From: Octopus vulgaris
Lineage: Eukaryota
Assembly (NCBI GenBank): GCA_951406725.2
Contig: OX597831.1
Location: 29,388,001 to 29,452,000, forward strand
Direction: 5' to 3'
Length of the DNA stretch: 64,000 nucleotides
The translations under genes were made by a program, and so were the position numbers. The notes beneath the pieces were generated by a model. It saw nothing but the letters and a program-made list of their open reading frames with translations. It ran no database searches and was not told the DNA's origin. How positions within the stretch are numbered: the first letter of the stretch is position 1; every line of letters begins with the position of its first letter. This document shows positions 1-12,246 of the stretch, piece after piece.

Positions 1-53
1 AATAGAAAAGAATACTCGTGATGTACGTATGCATGCATGTATGTATGTATTCT

Positions 54-135
54 TCTATTCTTTTACTTGTTTCAGTCATTTGGCTGCGGCCATGCTGGAA
101 CACCGCCTTTAGTCGAACAAATCGACGCCAGGACA
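54..135 (-). mobile_element. SINE family A, 3' fragment
   Basis: TTTTACTTGTTTCAGTCATTTGGCTGCGGCCATGCTGG...GTCGAACAAATCGAC is the reverse complement of the 3' tail of the full-length copies (e.g. 46468-46865). Confidence 0.8.
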
Positions 136-221
136 TTCATATATATACATGCATATTTATACGCATGCGTCTATGTATGTATGTATGCATATGAGTGGGA
201 GTACATATGCACATATGTATT

Positions 222-252
<31 letters not shown>

Positions 253-437
253 ACATATATATATATGTATATATATATATGCGTGTATGTACGCATGCGT
301 GTATGTATGTACGTATGCATATGTGCATGTGGGTACATATGCATATATGTATTCATATATATATATATGGATGTATGTATGCATGCGTGTGTATGTGTGT
401 ATACATATATGTGTGTGGGTACATATGAACATATGTA

Positions 438-486
<49 letters not shown>

Positions 487-740
487 GCATGTATGTATGC
501 ATGCGTATATGTATTTACGTATGCATATGTATATGCGGGTACGTATGTACATATGTATGCATGTGCATGTATGTGTGTTGATTTACGTGCATGTATTAGT
601 GTATGCATCTATATATTTACGTTTATACGTGTATGTATCTATGTCTGCATCTATGTTTGCATCATGAATGCTGTTGGTAATCATAACCTATTACGCGCGC
701 GAGCGCACACACTCACACACACACACACTCACACACACAC
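136..740. repeat. Compound (TATG)n/(TA)n/(CA)n microsatellite field
   Basis: Direct inspection; explains the YVC/HT-rich ORFs. Confidence 0.95.
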
Positions 741-902
741 AAAAACATGCTCACACACCTATATGTCGGGTCACCGGCAAGCAAGCAGGAGACTCCATTA
801 AACATGCTTGGCTTTACTCTTATTCAGTAATTGCATGGCTTGAGATGTTCAGCAGCTGATCACTTGATATCAACTAGTACGCTCAGAGAAACAAATAAAA
901 AA

Positions 903-1120
<218 letters not shown>

Positions 1121-1197
1121 AAGAGGTCTTTCTGTTTCTAAACACCTTTGAGGTCTTTCAGTTTCCAAACATGTTTTGAGAGATATGTAGCAATATT

Positions 1198-1251
1198 TTT
1201 ATTTCATTTCTGATGTAGGAACATCTGAAATGTATATAAGATGGAAATAAA
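1198..1251 (+). ncRNA. Degenerate type I hammerhead-like motif
   Basis: TTTATTTC-ATTT/AGAT-G-GAAATAAA stem I; core CTGATGT (A9 changed); stem II AGG-AACA-TCT; GAAA; short stem III. Confidence 0.4.
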
Positions 1252-1344
1252 TATATACAATTCATCGTGAAGGTAATAAATACACTCACCCAGGTATACA
1301 TTATATGTGTAGTTACCTAACATTTACATACAGTCTCTAACTGG

Positions 1345-1522
1345 CAGCCTGTAGGGTACGACGACGAGTATTCCAGTTGATCTGACCAGTGAAATAGCCC
1401 GCTTCTGAAACTAACTTGCAATTGGCTGAAGTGTTATGATCAAGAACACAACACGCTACCGGGTCCGGGAATTGAAGTTATGATAATGAGTGCAACACTC
1501 TAACCACTAGGCCATGCGCCTT
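1345..1522 (-). mobile_element. Diverged SINE, family C-like head
   Basis: CAAGAACACAACACGCTACCGGGTCC...TAACCACTAGGCCATGCGCC matches the reverse complement of the family C tRNA-like head. Confidence 0.65.
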
Positions 1523-1562
1523 CACGTATTACACACACACATACACATATATACATACATAT

Positions 1563-1735
<173 letters not shown>

Positions 1736-1761
1736 GAAGCATGACTGTCACCACTACTACA

Positions 1762-1806
1762 GGAACCTGAAGATTGCAGAATTTAATGCATGAAAGTACA
1801 AGTTTC
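1762..1806 (+). ncRNA. Degenerate minimal hammerhead motif (Penelope type)
   Basis: GGAAC/GTTTC stem I; CTGAAGA core; TGCA/TGCA stem II; GAAA; palindromic GTAC loop; cleavage triplet reads CAA instead of NUH. Confidence 0.5.
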
Positions 1807-1940
1807 AATCAGAATGAACATTTAACATTCTATTCTATTATTTTATTTTATTTTATTTTATTATATTATATTATATTATATTATATCATTATAAGATATA
1901 AATAAAACGTGAAAATCAGACAAGGTTGGAATTGCTTTTA

Positions 1941-2006
<66 letters not shown>

Positions 2007-2418
2007 CTCAATATACGTATGTTTCAGAACGAAGTGTTGGCTGGGTATAGAACGGTAATGATAAAGGAAGATAATAAAGGACTACTCTTATCATTTCCAT
2101 TAACTTACAGCTGTTTCTGATATGAGATGCAGTGGACTCAGCTGAGTGCTTTAATAACACCTTTTAGCTTCATCGGAGGTTACTCATACACATACGCGCG
2201 CACATACACACGCAAACACACACACGTACACACATACACACAGAGGCATATTTCTATGTATATATACACTTATATGTATGTATGTGTACGAATGTATGTA
2301 CGTATGTATGTGTGTGTATAAGTGCATGTGTGTGTGTGTGTGCGTTTAGAATCCACCGAGTGATGAGAGTTACTACAATTCTTGGAGAATAACAAATATG
2401 CAGAAACACATGTGCATG

Positions 2419-2518
<100 letters not shown>

Positions 2519-2924
2519 CACTCTCTCACGCAGACAATCGTACACACAGGGAAATTACCACAAGAATTGGAAGAGACGGAATAAACGAGGTATAGTAGGC
2601 AAAACCAGAACAAATATTCCGTGATCCGTAATGGAAACAAGTGCACTACACACACACACACACACACACACATATGTAACTACGCTCACGCTGAAGAATA
2701 GTGACATATACATAAACATAAACACATACACAAACACTCGAGAACTACAAGTGTGTAGATAGTAATTTACTGATCCATCTACACATCATCATAATGGGTA
2801 ATCATTATAAATAGGCTTAGACACACACATACAACTACATCTACGTAAACAGACATTATATAAACGTATGTATATGTATGTATATACATACACATCTATG
2901 TATGTGCATAAATATATATATATG

Positions 2925-2965
<41 letters not shown>

Positions 2966-4210
2966 TCATGTATATATGTGTGTGTGTGTGTGTGTATTTG
3001 TATATGTGTGTATATATGTATATATATACAGATATGTATACATGTATGCATATGTATATACGTGTATACATACGTATATAAGCAACATGTATATACTTTC
3101 ACATAATCACGTTTATATATACCTACGTATATGCGTACGTGTGCACGTCTAAATACATGTATATATATATATATGCATGTATATATATATGCATGCATAT
3201 ATATGCATGCATATATATGCATGTATATGTATGCATGTATATGTATGTATGTATGTATGCGTGTGTGTGCCCGAGCGTGTGTAAGTGTGTATGTGTGCAA
3301 ACACCAACATGATTACACGTAACAAAGATCAACTCCATTGCTCACACACGCACTAAAGAAAAAACACATTCTATAAATTTTGAAGAAATCTCAAAACATA
3401 GACAGCAAAATCTCCAAAGTTCATCAACCAATTTTCTACTTTCACTTTCACTTTGTCTTAGATTACTTTCTTTTTTTCTTTTTCAGATATTTTAAGTTTA
3501 TTTGATTTTTTTTTTTTTACCTTCCTCATTTTTTTTTTTCAAATTCTGATTCTAGTGTCAGAAATTTTTTTTTTCACATTTTCTTCCTAATTTCGTTTTC
3601 TACTATGGTTACATTTATTCTCGTTATTGTTTTTGTCGTTTTGTTTTTAATTCTTGGCGGTGTTGTTGCTGCCGTTGTTTTTGTAATTGTTCTTCTGTCA
3701 TTTTCATATTTTCTTTCGTTTTTGCTTCTGAGGCGGTTGCGGGGTCGTTGGTGGTTGTAGTGATGGTTGTGGTGGTTTGGTGGTGTCGATGATGCAAATC
3801 TATTTTAGTGGTGATAGTTCTGGCGAGGATGGTAGTAATGGTAGTGGCGGTGGTGCGATGGTGCAAATCTATTTTAGAAATCAATTCTTAATTTTCAGAA
3901 TGCCATGTCAGATGCCGTGCCTCCCCGTTCATCCTAACCCTCCTAACTAACAACTCCGACCCAACACACACTAATGAATCGAAATGAGTACGAGTGTGTT
4001 TGTGTTTATGAGTGTGTGTGCGCATGCGTGTGCGTATGTGCATGGGTTTGTGTCTGTATACAGAAACACAAAGATACGCACGTGCACACAAGTATGTTAA
4101 CACGTATACGTAAATGTGTGTGTGTATATGTGTGTGTATATGTAATATATATTTTTGTTATGTATATGTATATTTACACATAATATGTATGTATGTATAT
4201 ACATACTATA

Positions 4211-4247
<37 letters not shown>

Positions 4248-4298
4248 TTATGTATATATATATTCATATACATATAAGTACAAACATGCATATATATA

Positions 4299-4361
<63 letters not shown>

Positions 4362-4536
4362 CATACGTACATATATATATATATACATACATATATATAT
4401 ATATATATACATATAAAATACAGTGTCTATTAATATTTTATATGTATTTTATATGAATAATATATAGTCTATTGACTAATTTTTCTACACGCTAGGCCAC
4501 TGGTAGTAAAAATTTCTTAAATCTTTATTACTCTGA

Positions 4537-4632
<96 letters not shown>

Positions 4633-5187
4633 TCATACATACATACACGCACGCACACACATATATAGTGAGAGAAATAGAGAAAGACAAAAAAAAAACA
4701 ATAGTTGTTTGAGAGTAAGAAAAAGAGAGGGAAGAATGAAAGAGTTCTGAACTTGGTGCACCAAAGGATAATTGCATGGTATGCACATGCAAAGTGTACT
4801 GACATGCAGCTTGTACATGCACACATACATGTATATATACATGTGTATTCATATGCTATGCACTCATATGCAAAAATACGTACATGATTGTGCATGTATG
4901 TCTTCGTCCTTCGATGTGTGCATGTGTGCATGTGTGTGTGCGTGCGTGTGTGTGTGTGTGTGTGTGTGTGGATAGATTGTGGGAGAAGGATACAATGAAA
5001 TATTGAAGGGGATGCGGTGGGGATAGTGGGAGTGCTTTTATGGTTAAATAATTTCTGTGGCGTGACGTCATAGCCGGCCATGTTTGTTTGTTACCTCTTC
5101 AGAAATCCGTTGACCGAGAAACGAAAGGCTTGTTCTTGGAGTAAACAGGAATCAAGAAGAAAGCTGTTCAAGAACAGCAACAGCAGT

Positions 5188-5560
5188 GGAGATGCAATGG
5201 CCCAGTAGTTAGGGCAAGCGGACTCGCGGTCGGAGGATCGCGGTTTCGATTCCCAGACCGGGCGTTGTGTGTGTTTATTGAGCGAAAACACTTAAAGTTC
5301 CACGAGGCTCCCGGCAGGGGGTGGTGGCGACCCCTGTTGTACTCTTTCGATTCAACTTTCTCTCACTCTTTCTTCACTGTTTCTTGTCCTCGATTTCCTA
5401 CGCAACCGCTCAGCCTGAATGCGCATTCATTCATCCGTCGATGGTGTCGGGGTCTGACCTGCTTTCTCTTCTGCGGGTCTTACGAATAGCAAATGACCAC
5501 GTTTCGGACTTCTCCCACTACAGTTGGGACGAAGACCGCTTCGCTCAACAAACAAACAAA
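5188..5560 (+). mobile_element. tRNA-derived SINE family B, variant B1
   Basis: A-box TGGCCCAGTAGTTAGG, B-box GGTTTCGATTCC, (AAAC)n tail, flanking AACAGCAACAGCA duplication; second copy at 51248-51651 (-). Confidence 0.85.
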
Positions 5561-5579
5561 CAGCAACAGCAAAAACAAA

Positions 5580-5708
5580 GACGACGATGACGAAGATGGC
5601 GGCGACGACGATGGAGACAACGGTGATGACAATGACGGCGATGGCGATGGAGCCAACGGTGATGGCGACGACGATGATGACGATGGCGACGATGGCGACG
5701 TCGATGAC
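5580..5708. repeat. Degenerate (GAY/GGC)n trinucleotide repeat
   Basis: GACGATGACGAAGATGGCGGCGAC...; source of the poly-D/G ORF. Confidence 0.85.
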
Positions 5709-5788
5709 CTCACAACAAAAACCAGAGTGTTCAGAATGTCGCACGACCTGCTAGAAACAGTAGCCAAATTATATTGCAAAATACATTT

Positions 5789-6121
5789 ATTTATTTATTT
5801 ATTTTATTTATGCGCCATTTTCAAGCCTAGCCAGGCTCATGGGCCCGATTTCCTGATTTCTATGGCGTATGTGTGTCCTCCCCCCCCCCAGCTGGACGGG
5901 AAACCAGTACATCGCAGCGTTACTCGAGAAACAGGAAGAGAGAGTGAGAGAAGGTTGGGGCGAAAGAGTACAACAGGGGTCGCCACCACCCCCTGCCGGA
6001 GCATCGTGGAGCTTTAGGTGCTTTCGCTCAATAAACACACACAACGCCTAGTCTGGGAATCGAAACAGCGATCCTCCGAACGCAAGTCCAATGCTCTAGC
6101 CACTGGGCCATTGCAGCTCCC
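5789..6121 (-). mobile_element. SINE family B, variant B2
   Basis: Family B head plus V-like GCTGCGATGTACTGG..CCCGTCCAG module; 12-bp TSD CAAAATACATTT at 5777-5788 and 6122-6133. Confidence 0.85.
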
Positions 6122-6200
6122 CAAAATACATTTTACTGTCCCAAAAAGGAGATGATATATTGTATTTTGTAGTCCTTGATATACTAGAAATTATAACAGA

Positions 6201-6606
6201 AGGCGGCGAGCTGGCAGAACCGTTAGCACGCCGGGCGAAATACTTAGCGGTATTTCGTCTGTCGTTACGTTCTGAGTTCAAATTCCAAATTGCCTTTCAT
6301 CCTTTCGGGGTCGATTAAATAAGTACCAGTTACGCACTGGGGTCGATGTAATCGACTTAATCCGTTTGTCTGTCCTTGTTTGTCCACTCTGTGTTTAGCC
6401 TCATCTGGGCAGTAAAGAAATAGGTGTTTCGTCTGCCGTTATGTTCTGAGTTCAAATTCCGCCGAGGTCGACTTTGCCTTTCATCCTTTCGGGGTCGATT
6501 AAATAAGTACCAGTTACGCACTGTGGTTGATATAATCGACTTAATCCGTTTGTCTGTCCTTGTTTATCCCTTCTGTGTGTGGCCCCTTATGGGCAGTAAA
6601 GAAATA
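6201..6606 (+). mobile_element. SINE family D (Nin/Deu-like core), internally duplicated
   Basis: GGCGGCGAGCTGGCAGAA head; two copies of GCCTTTCATCCTTTCGGGGTCGATTAAATAAGTACCAG; 14-bp TSD AGAAATTATAACAG at 6186-6199 and 6607-6620. Confidence 0.85.
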
Positions 6607-6854
6607 AGAAATTATAACAGTACCTGATGGTCACGGACTGAACGCTTTTGATCTAGGGTCATCTGAATCATGGCGAAATAGGGACTAAACAACAACGACC
6701 AGGACTATCACCACTAACGTTACTACAACAAAAACAACAGCAACAACGACAGCAAGGAGGACCAAGCACAACAACAACAATAACAGCAGCAGCAGAAGCA
6801 GTGACAGCAGCAATGACAATGACAAGCGCAAAAAAAAAGCATAATCATGGTCTG

Positions 6855-7040
6855 GACAGCTGGCAGAATCGACAGTTTGCCGGACAAAATGCCTAGCGAC
6901 ATCATCGTGAGTCTTTGGGTTCTGAGTTCAAATTCCCTTGAGGGGTCGATAAATTATGTACAAGTGAAACACTGGGGTCGATAAATTATGTACAAGTGAA
7001 ACACTGGGGTCGATGTAATCGACTAGTCCTCTCCCCCAAA
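6855..7040 (+). mobile_element. Diverged SINE family D with an internal ~31-bp tandem duplication
   Basis: AGCTGGCAGAATC head; GGGGTCGATAAATTATGTACAAGTGAAACACT occurs twice. Confidence 0.7.
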
Positions 7041-7320
7041 GTTATAGGCGTAGGAGTGGCTGTGTGGTAAGCGGATTGCTACCTGTCTCGTGGTTAGAAG
7101 TGTTTTTTTGGCGGTGAGTCAAACGTTTTGTTGAACCTTGGATAATTTTTCTGTTGGAATCGTTGACTGTTTATTGTCGAACATTTTCGAACTGTTGAAC
7201 ATTGTTGAACTTAGAAACTTTGAAAATTCTTGTGCTTTTTCCCGGTGACGGGAGAAAGTAATTGTTTGTGTAAAGCCATTTTTGCGGTTGTGAATTGTTG
7301 AAATATTGAACTTGTTCAAG

Positions 7321-7735
7321 ACGTTGTAAGCTTTATTGTCGTGCCCCACCCCAGCGGGGGGTGGGTGGGATTTGAACTCATTAAGAGGGAAAAAATATTA
7401 TAGGTTTCCCGCGTTTAGGGATAATCAATTTATTATTATGTGAAAAATTTAATTTTAGTCGTTGTAGGCTTTATTGTGGCACCCCGCTCCCAGCGGGTGT
7501 GAGATTTGAACTGTTGTCCTCGTTGTGAGGAAAAGGAAAAAAAAACAACACATTATAGGTTTCTCGTTTTTTTGAGGATACTGTATTTTTATTATTGTGT
7601 GAAAAATTTAATTTTGAACCTTGTAGGCTTTGTTGTTACGTCTCGCGCCCCAGCGGGGGTGGGATTTGAACTGTTGTCCGCGTTGAGAGGGAAAAAAGTA
7701 AAAAAATCATAGGTTTCCCGTTTTCTGGGATTAAA
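7321..7735 (+). repeat. Three diverged 115-160 bp tandem units
   Basis: TTGTA(A/G)GCTTT(A/G)TTGT...CCCAGCGGG...GATTTGAACT...ATAGGTTTC recurs at about 7324, 7462 and 7621. Confidence 0.8.
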
Positions 7736-8234
7736 TTGTGTACAAATTTATTTCGAACGAATATGTCGGTCGAAATAATTTCAGAGAAAAATTCACAGCA
7801 GTTACCGCGGTGGCTACTGAAAACGTCGAACTACCAAAGGAAAAACTCTCCGAGCTTTTTGAAAAAGTAAAAGAAGAGGGGGGGTGATATAAAAATATCA
7901 CCCTCACCTGGATGCGAAAAGGCAAAACGGCAGTGGCTAGCTGGTCACGTGAGGACAAAAGAGAGGAGAAAGGGACAGATGAGGAGAGAGAGAAGGTGAA
8001 CAGGGGAGGTGAAGAAAGAGACAGATCGAGGGGAGTGTAAGGTATGAGAGACAGAGAAGCGTAGGAGGGGGGACGGATGAAGAGAGAAAGAAAGAAAGAA
8101 GGGGAATAAGGGAGGAGGAGAGAGAGAGAGAGAAAGAGACAGAACAAGAGTCGTACCAATGTTAGAGAATATATACTTACGTATAAGGACAAAAGTGTGG
8201 GTACGGAGCCGCCATTATATATGTAAAAAGTAAA

Positions 8235-8520
8235 AAATATATACAAACTGGGACAAGAACGTGAAACACCTAGAAGACGACACAAGAACCACAGGACGGG
8301 ACATTCGAAGCCCTCAGTCATCAGTCAAGAACCGGATCATCTTCGCAATTTCGGCTGGTTAATCTTGAGATTGCTCCGACTTGGGCAGCCACCAAGGGAT
8401 ATCTAAGCCAAGCACATTAGATCCCTTGGAAGAAAGCCTCGAATGTATACAACACAAGGATTGAAAACGGACGATGTACACGAATAAAAATACAAAAATA
8501 CGTGAAAACAATAAGGAAAG
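8235..8520 (-). mobile_element. Small repeat family P1 (Penelope-tail-like)
   Basis: Homologous to 42400-42670, 44930-45262 and 52240-52525; abuts (TA)n. Confidence 0.6.
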
Positions 8521-8534
8521 CACGAAATATATAT

Positions 8535-8672
8535 AGGACGGGCGGGCTTCTTTCAGTTTCCATGTACCAAATCCACTCACAAGGATTTGGTCGGCCCGTC
8601 GCTATAGTAGAAAATATTTGCAGCGGGACTGAACCCGGAAACCAAGCGTCGGAATCAAGCGTCTTACCACAC
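8535..8672 (-). mobile_element. SINE family A, 5' half
   Basis: GGGCTTCTTTCAGTTTCC...AAATCCACTCACAAGG...GGGACTGAACCCGGAACC. Confidence 0.8.
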
Positions 8673-8904
8673 ATCCACCTCTGTATATATACGTATTTGT
8701 ATGCATACATGTATTCATACATTTGTATACATACACACACACACAGACACACACAGACACACATATGTATAAATATATAAAACTGTGGCGCTCGAAGTAG
8801 ATAAAGCTATAATGAATAGCGTGTAAATTTGTGGTTTATTAAACTTTGGTTGAAAATCGTCGATGGCTGGCTAAGGAAACGAATCCATAACAGCTTGTGT
8901 ATCT

Positions 8905-8959
<55 letters not shown>

Positions 8960-9084
8960 TGTTTGAACAAGAGAGAGAGAGAGAAAGAGAGAATGAGTGT
9001 GGTTTTGCGCTGTTGAAACCCGCTATGGCCTATTTGCCTGGTAGGTTTAATCTGTCGCCCATACCAACATCAAGAGTTGACACC

Positions 9085-9410
9085 TTGGTGTGCCTTTGTA
9101 GTTCGAACTCGCAATCAGGAAGCAGTGAGTTCGATTCGCGGACCGGGCTGTGTTGAATTCTTGAGCAAGACACTTTATGTCACGTTACTTCGGTTCACTC
9201 AGCTGTAGAAATGAGTCATGACTTCACTGGTGCCAAGCTGTATCAGCCCCTTTGTCTTTCCCTTGGATAACATCGGTTTCGTGGAGAGAAGAGTTTAGTG
9301 TGCATGGGCGCCTTCTGGTCTCCCATAAAAAATTATGTCCGGACTTGTGCCTCGGAGGGTAACTTTCTAGGTGCAGTCCCATGGTCATTCATGAGTGAAG
9401 GGGGCTCTTT
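9085..9410 (+). mobile_element. Diverged SINE with family C-like head and a different 3' half
   Basis: GAGTTCGATTCGCGGACCGGGC...TTCTTGAGCAAGACACTTTA...CACTCAGCTGTAGAAATGAGT. Confidence 0.65.
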
Positions 9411-9897
9411 ACACTGTGCTAGTATCCCGGCCAAGCTTCTGGTATGAACATAACTTTCTCCCTCTACCTCTCGCACCCACCAATCACAGAGATCTTGTAA
9501 AACACCTGGGGCACTACCTTTTCTCCTGAACAACAATTTAAGTACATATGTGCGTATGTGAATATGCTGTATATGTGAGTATGTAAGTACAAATATGTCT
9601 GTGAGTGTATGTCTGTATCTATAAATGACATATAATGATATCTATAAATCTCTATATACATATGTAAATATATCAATGTAGATATATACATATAGACGTA
9701 CATATACGCCTAATTGTCTTGTGCACACCACGCCGTCAAAACGGACCATTAGTCCCCGTAAACTCTTTACAGATTTGTCAGTTCTTATTCAATTCTCGCG
9801 GCACCGAAAGCTACTCTCTTTTATTCACTTATTCACTTACTTCGCACGCACAGTCTTATATAAATACATACATACATACATACATATATATATATAC

Positions 9898-10032
<135 letters not shown>

Positions 10033-10101
10033 CGTGTGTGAGTGTGTGTGTGCATGTGCGTCTGTGAGTGTGCGTGTGTGAGTGTATGAACATAGATTTG
10101 T

Positions 10102-10136
<35 letters not shown>

Positions 10137-10194
10137 ATACATACATATATATGCATGTATATCTTTGTAGATATGTAAATGTATATACATGTAT

Positions 10195-10250
<56 letters not shown>

Positions 10251-10588
10251 ATATACATGCATATATATACAGATAAATACACACACACACATATATATAT
10301 ATACATATACATATATAGTATATATATATTTGCATGTAAATATATATTAAATATACTTATGCACTCGCATACACCCCCCACACATATATCTATATCACTT
10401 ATATTACATAAAATATATGAATCGATCACACATTACGAGTAAGCTAATTTTTGTATGTATTTGGGTGCACGTGTATACGCTATTGCACGTACACATTGAC
10501 ACACTTAAACACACGCTTATATACACACTAACAAAAGGCACCCCCCATATATATATATATACATATGCATACACACACATATATATAG

Positions 10589-10635
<47 letters not shown>

Positions 10636-10636
10636 C

Positions 10637-10697
<61 letters not shown>

Positions 10698-11754
10698 TAC
10701 ATATATATATATACTGTTATACAACTGACAAGGTTAATCAATTTTTGTCTACTTACTATTATGGTTTATTTGTGTGTATATATATGTGTGTGTGTGTGTG
10801 TTTGTATGCTTGTATATGCATACATACATGTATATATCTATATATATATGTATATATGTGCGTTCATACGTCTGTGTGTGTGTGTGTTGTGTGTATGTGC
10901 ATGTGTGTGTGCGTGTTTGTGTTTGTGTGTGTGTGTATGTGTGTTATACGTTTATATAAAGTTCTGTGTAATGGGATCATGTCTTTATCTTGCACTTTTG
11001 TCCTTTTTTTCTCTCCTCGTCTGACCGGCATCGCTTTTTATATCCATCCCATTCAACTTCCACCACTACCACCATCACCACCACAACACCACTACCGCCA
11101 CCACAGCAACCGCCACCACCACCACCACCACTACCACTGAAACACCACGACACTGCCATCGGCATTTCAGAGCTTTCTACCGTGTTCTCCTTGCTAATTC
11201 TCATACCTTCCTATTCTGGGACGAACTTCGTCAAACGACCGTCCTCTATTCATGTAAGCCGATCACGAACTCGATTCGTTCTTATTAAAAGTAGTTTCCA
11301 GCCTTCCATCTCTTCACACCACGCCACACATCATTATACTTCCCTTATACCATGACCTCTATCCTACACCACACCAAACCACCTTCCACAGTGTCTGCTT
11401 CACACTCTGCCATCTCCCAACATTAATTATATACGCTGGTCCAGTGGCGGGAAAAATACAGTTACAAATTTCGTGTTAGGACCGCCATTGTTATTTTTTA
11501 TTTTATTTTCTGGTCGCCTACTTTCCAACTCGATTTTTTTTTCTCTTTGGTTCTGATTTTTCTTTTTCTTCTCTTCTACCCGCCATGATAAATGTATTTC
11601 TTTCATACAGTATACCTGTCACGTACAATATTCAATGACCTGTAACTTAGCGTAAGATTTTTACAGTGATATTACTTTGTGTACTAAAGCCAGTTCTATC
11701 TTTAGACGGCAACATTTTTAGACATCACATCACTTTCGTAGATTAAGTTTTTAT

Positions 11755-11798
<44 letters not shown>

Positions 11799-11852
11799 AC
11801 GCATACATTCATACATACATACACACACACACATACATACACAAATATACAC

Positions 11853-11900
<48 letters not shown>

Positions 11901-11952
11901 GTAAATACACACATGTATATAAATATATATGAATATAAATATATAACTTCTA

Positions 11953-12118
11953 CTGACTCTTTCGCCACAACTTTCTCTCACTCTTTCCTCCTGCATCTTG
12001 CAGCTCACCTGCGACGGACCGGCGTCCCGTCCAGGTGGGGAACCTATACACCAAGGAAAGCGGGAAACCGGCCCTATGACCCAGGAGTGGCTCGAGAAGG
12101 AACAAACAACAACAACAA
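11953..12118 (+). mobile_element. SINE family B, variant B3, 5'-truncated
   Basis: CTCTTTCGCCACAACTTTCTCTCACTC...GCGACGGACCGGCGTCCCGTCCAG...(AAC)n; full-length copy at 48322-48622 (-). Confidence 0.8.
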
Positions 12119-12135
12119 TATATACATAAATTAAT

Positions 12136-12170
<35 letters not shown>

Positions 12171-12246
12171 TACATATATATATATAAGCATATATATATA
12201 TATATATATATATAAGCATATATATATGTGTGTGTGTGTATGTGTA

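Larger units (their letters stand above)
5717..6700 (+). mobile_element. Old SINE-like element (family E) split by two younger SINEs
   Basis: GACCTGCTAGAAACAGTAGCCAAAT ... GTAGTCCTTGATATACTA ... GATGGTCACGGACTGAAC ... GGGACTAAACAACAAC is contiguous once the inserts are removed; similar units at 48240-49975. Confidence 0.55.

Noticed and set aside
37-801. 254-aa ORF and the many similar YI/HT/CV-rich ORFs throughout the window
   Set aside because: They are translations of dinucleotide and tetranucleotide microsatellites that lack stop codons; no protein-like complexity
5063-5070. Perfect CRE palindrome TGACGTCA
   Set aside because: A single 8-mer is expected by chance in 64 kb; no promoter context
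5188-5262. tRNA-like sequence with A and B boxes (also the heads of families A, C and D)
   Set aside because: No complete cloverleaf; continues into a SINE body with TSDs, so not a tRNA gene
5493-6017. 174-aa acidic ORF
   Set aside because: Made of a SINE tail, a GAY repeat and an antisense SINE
7731-8321. 196-aa hydrophobic minus-strand ORF
   Set aside because: Driven by a GA-rich low-complexity tract and a repeat
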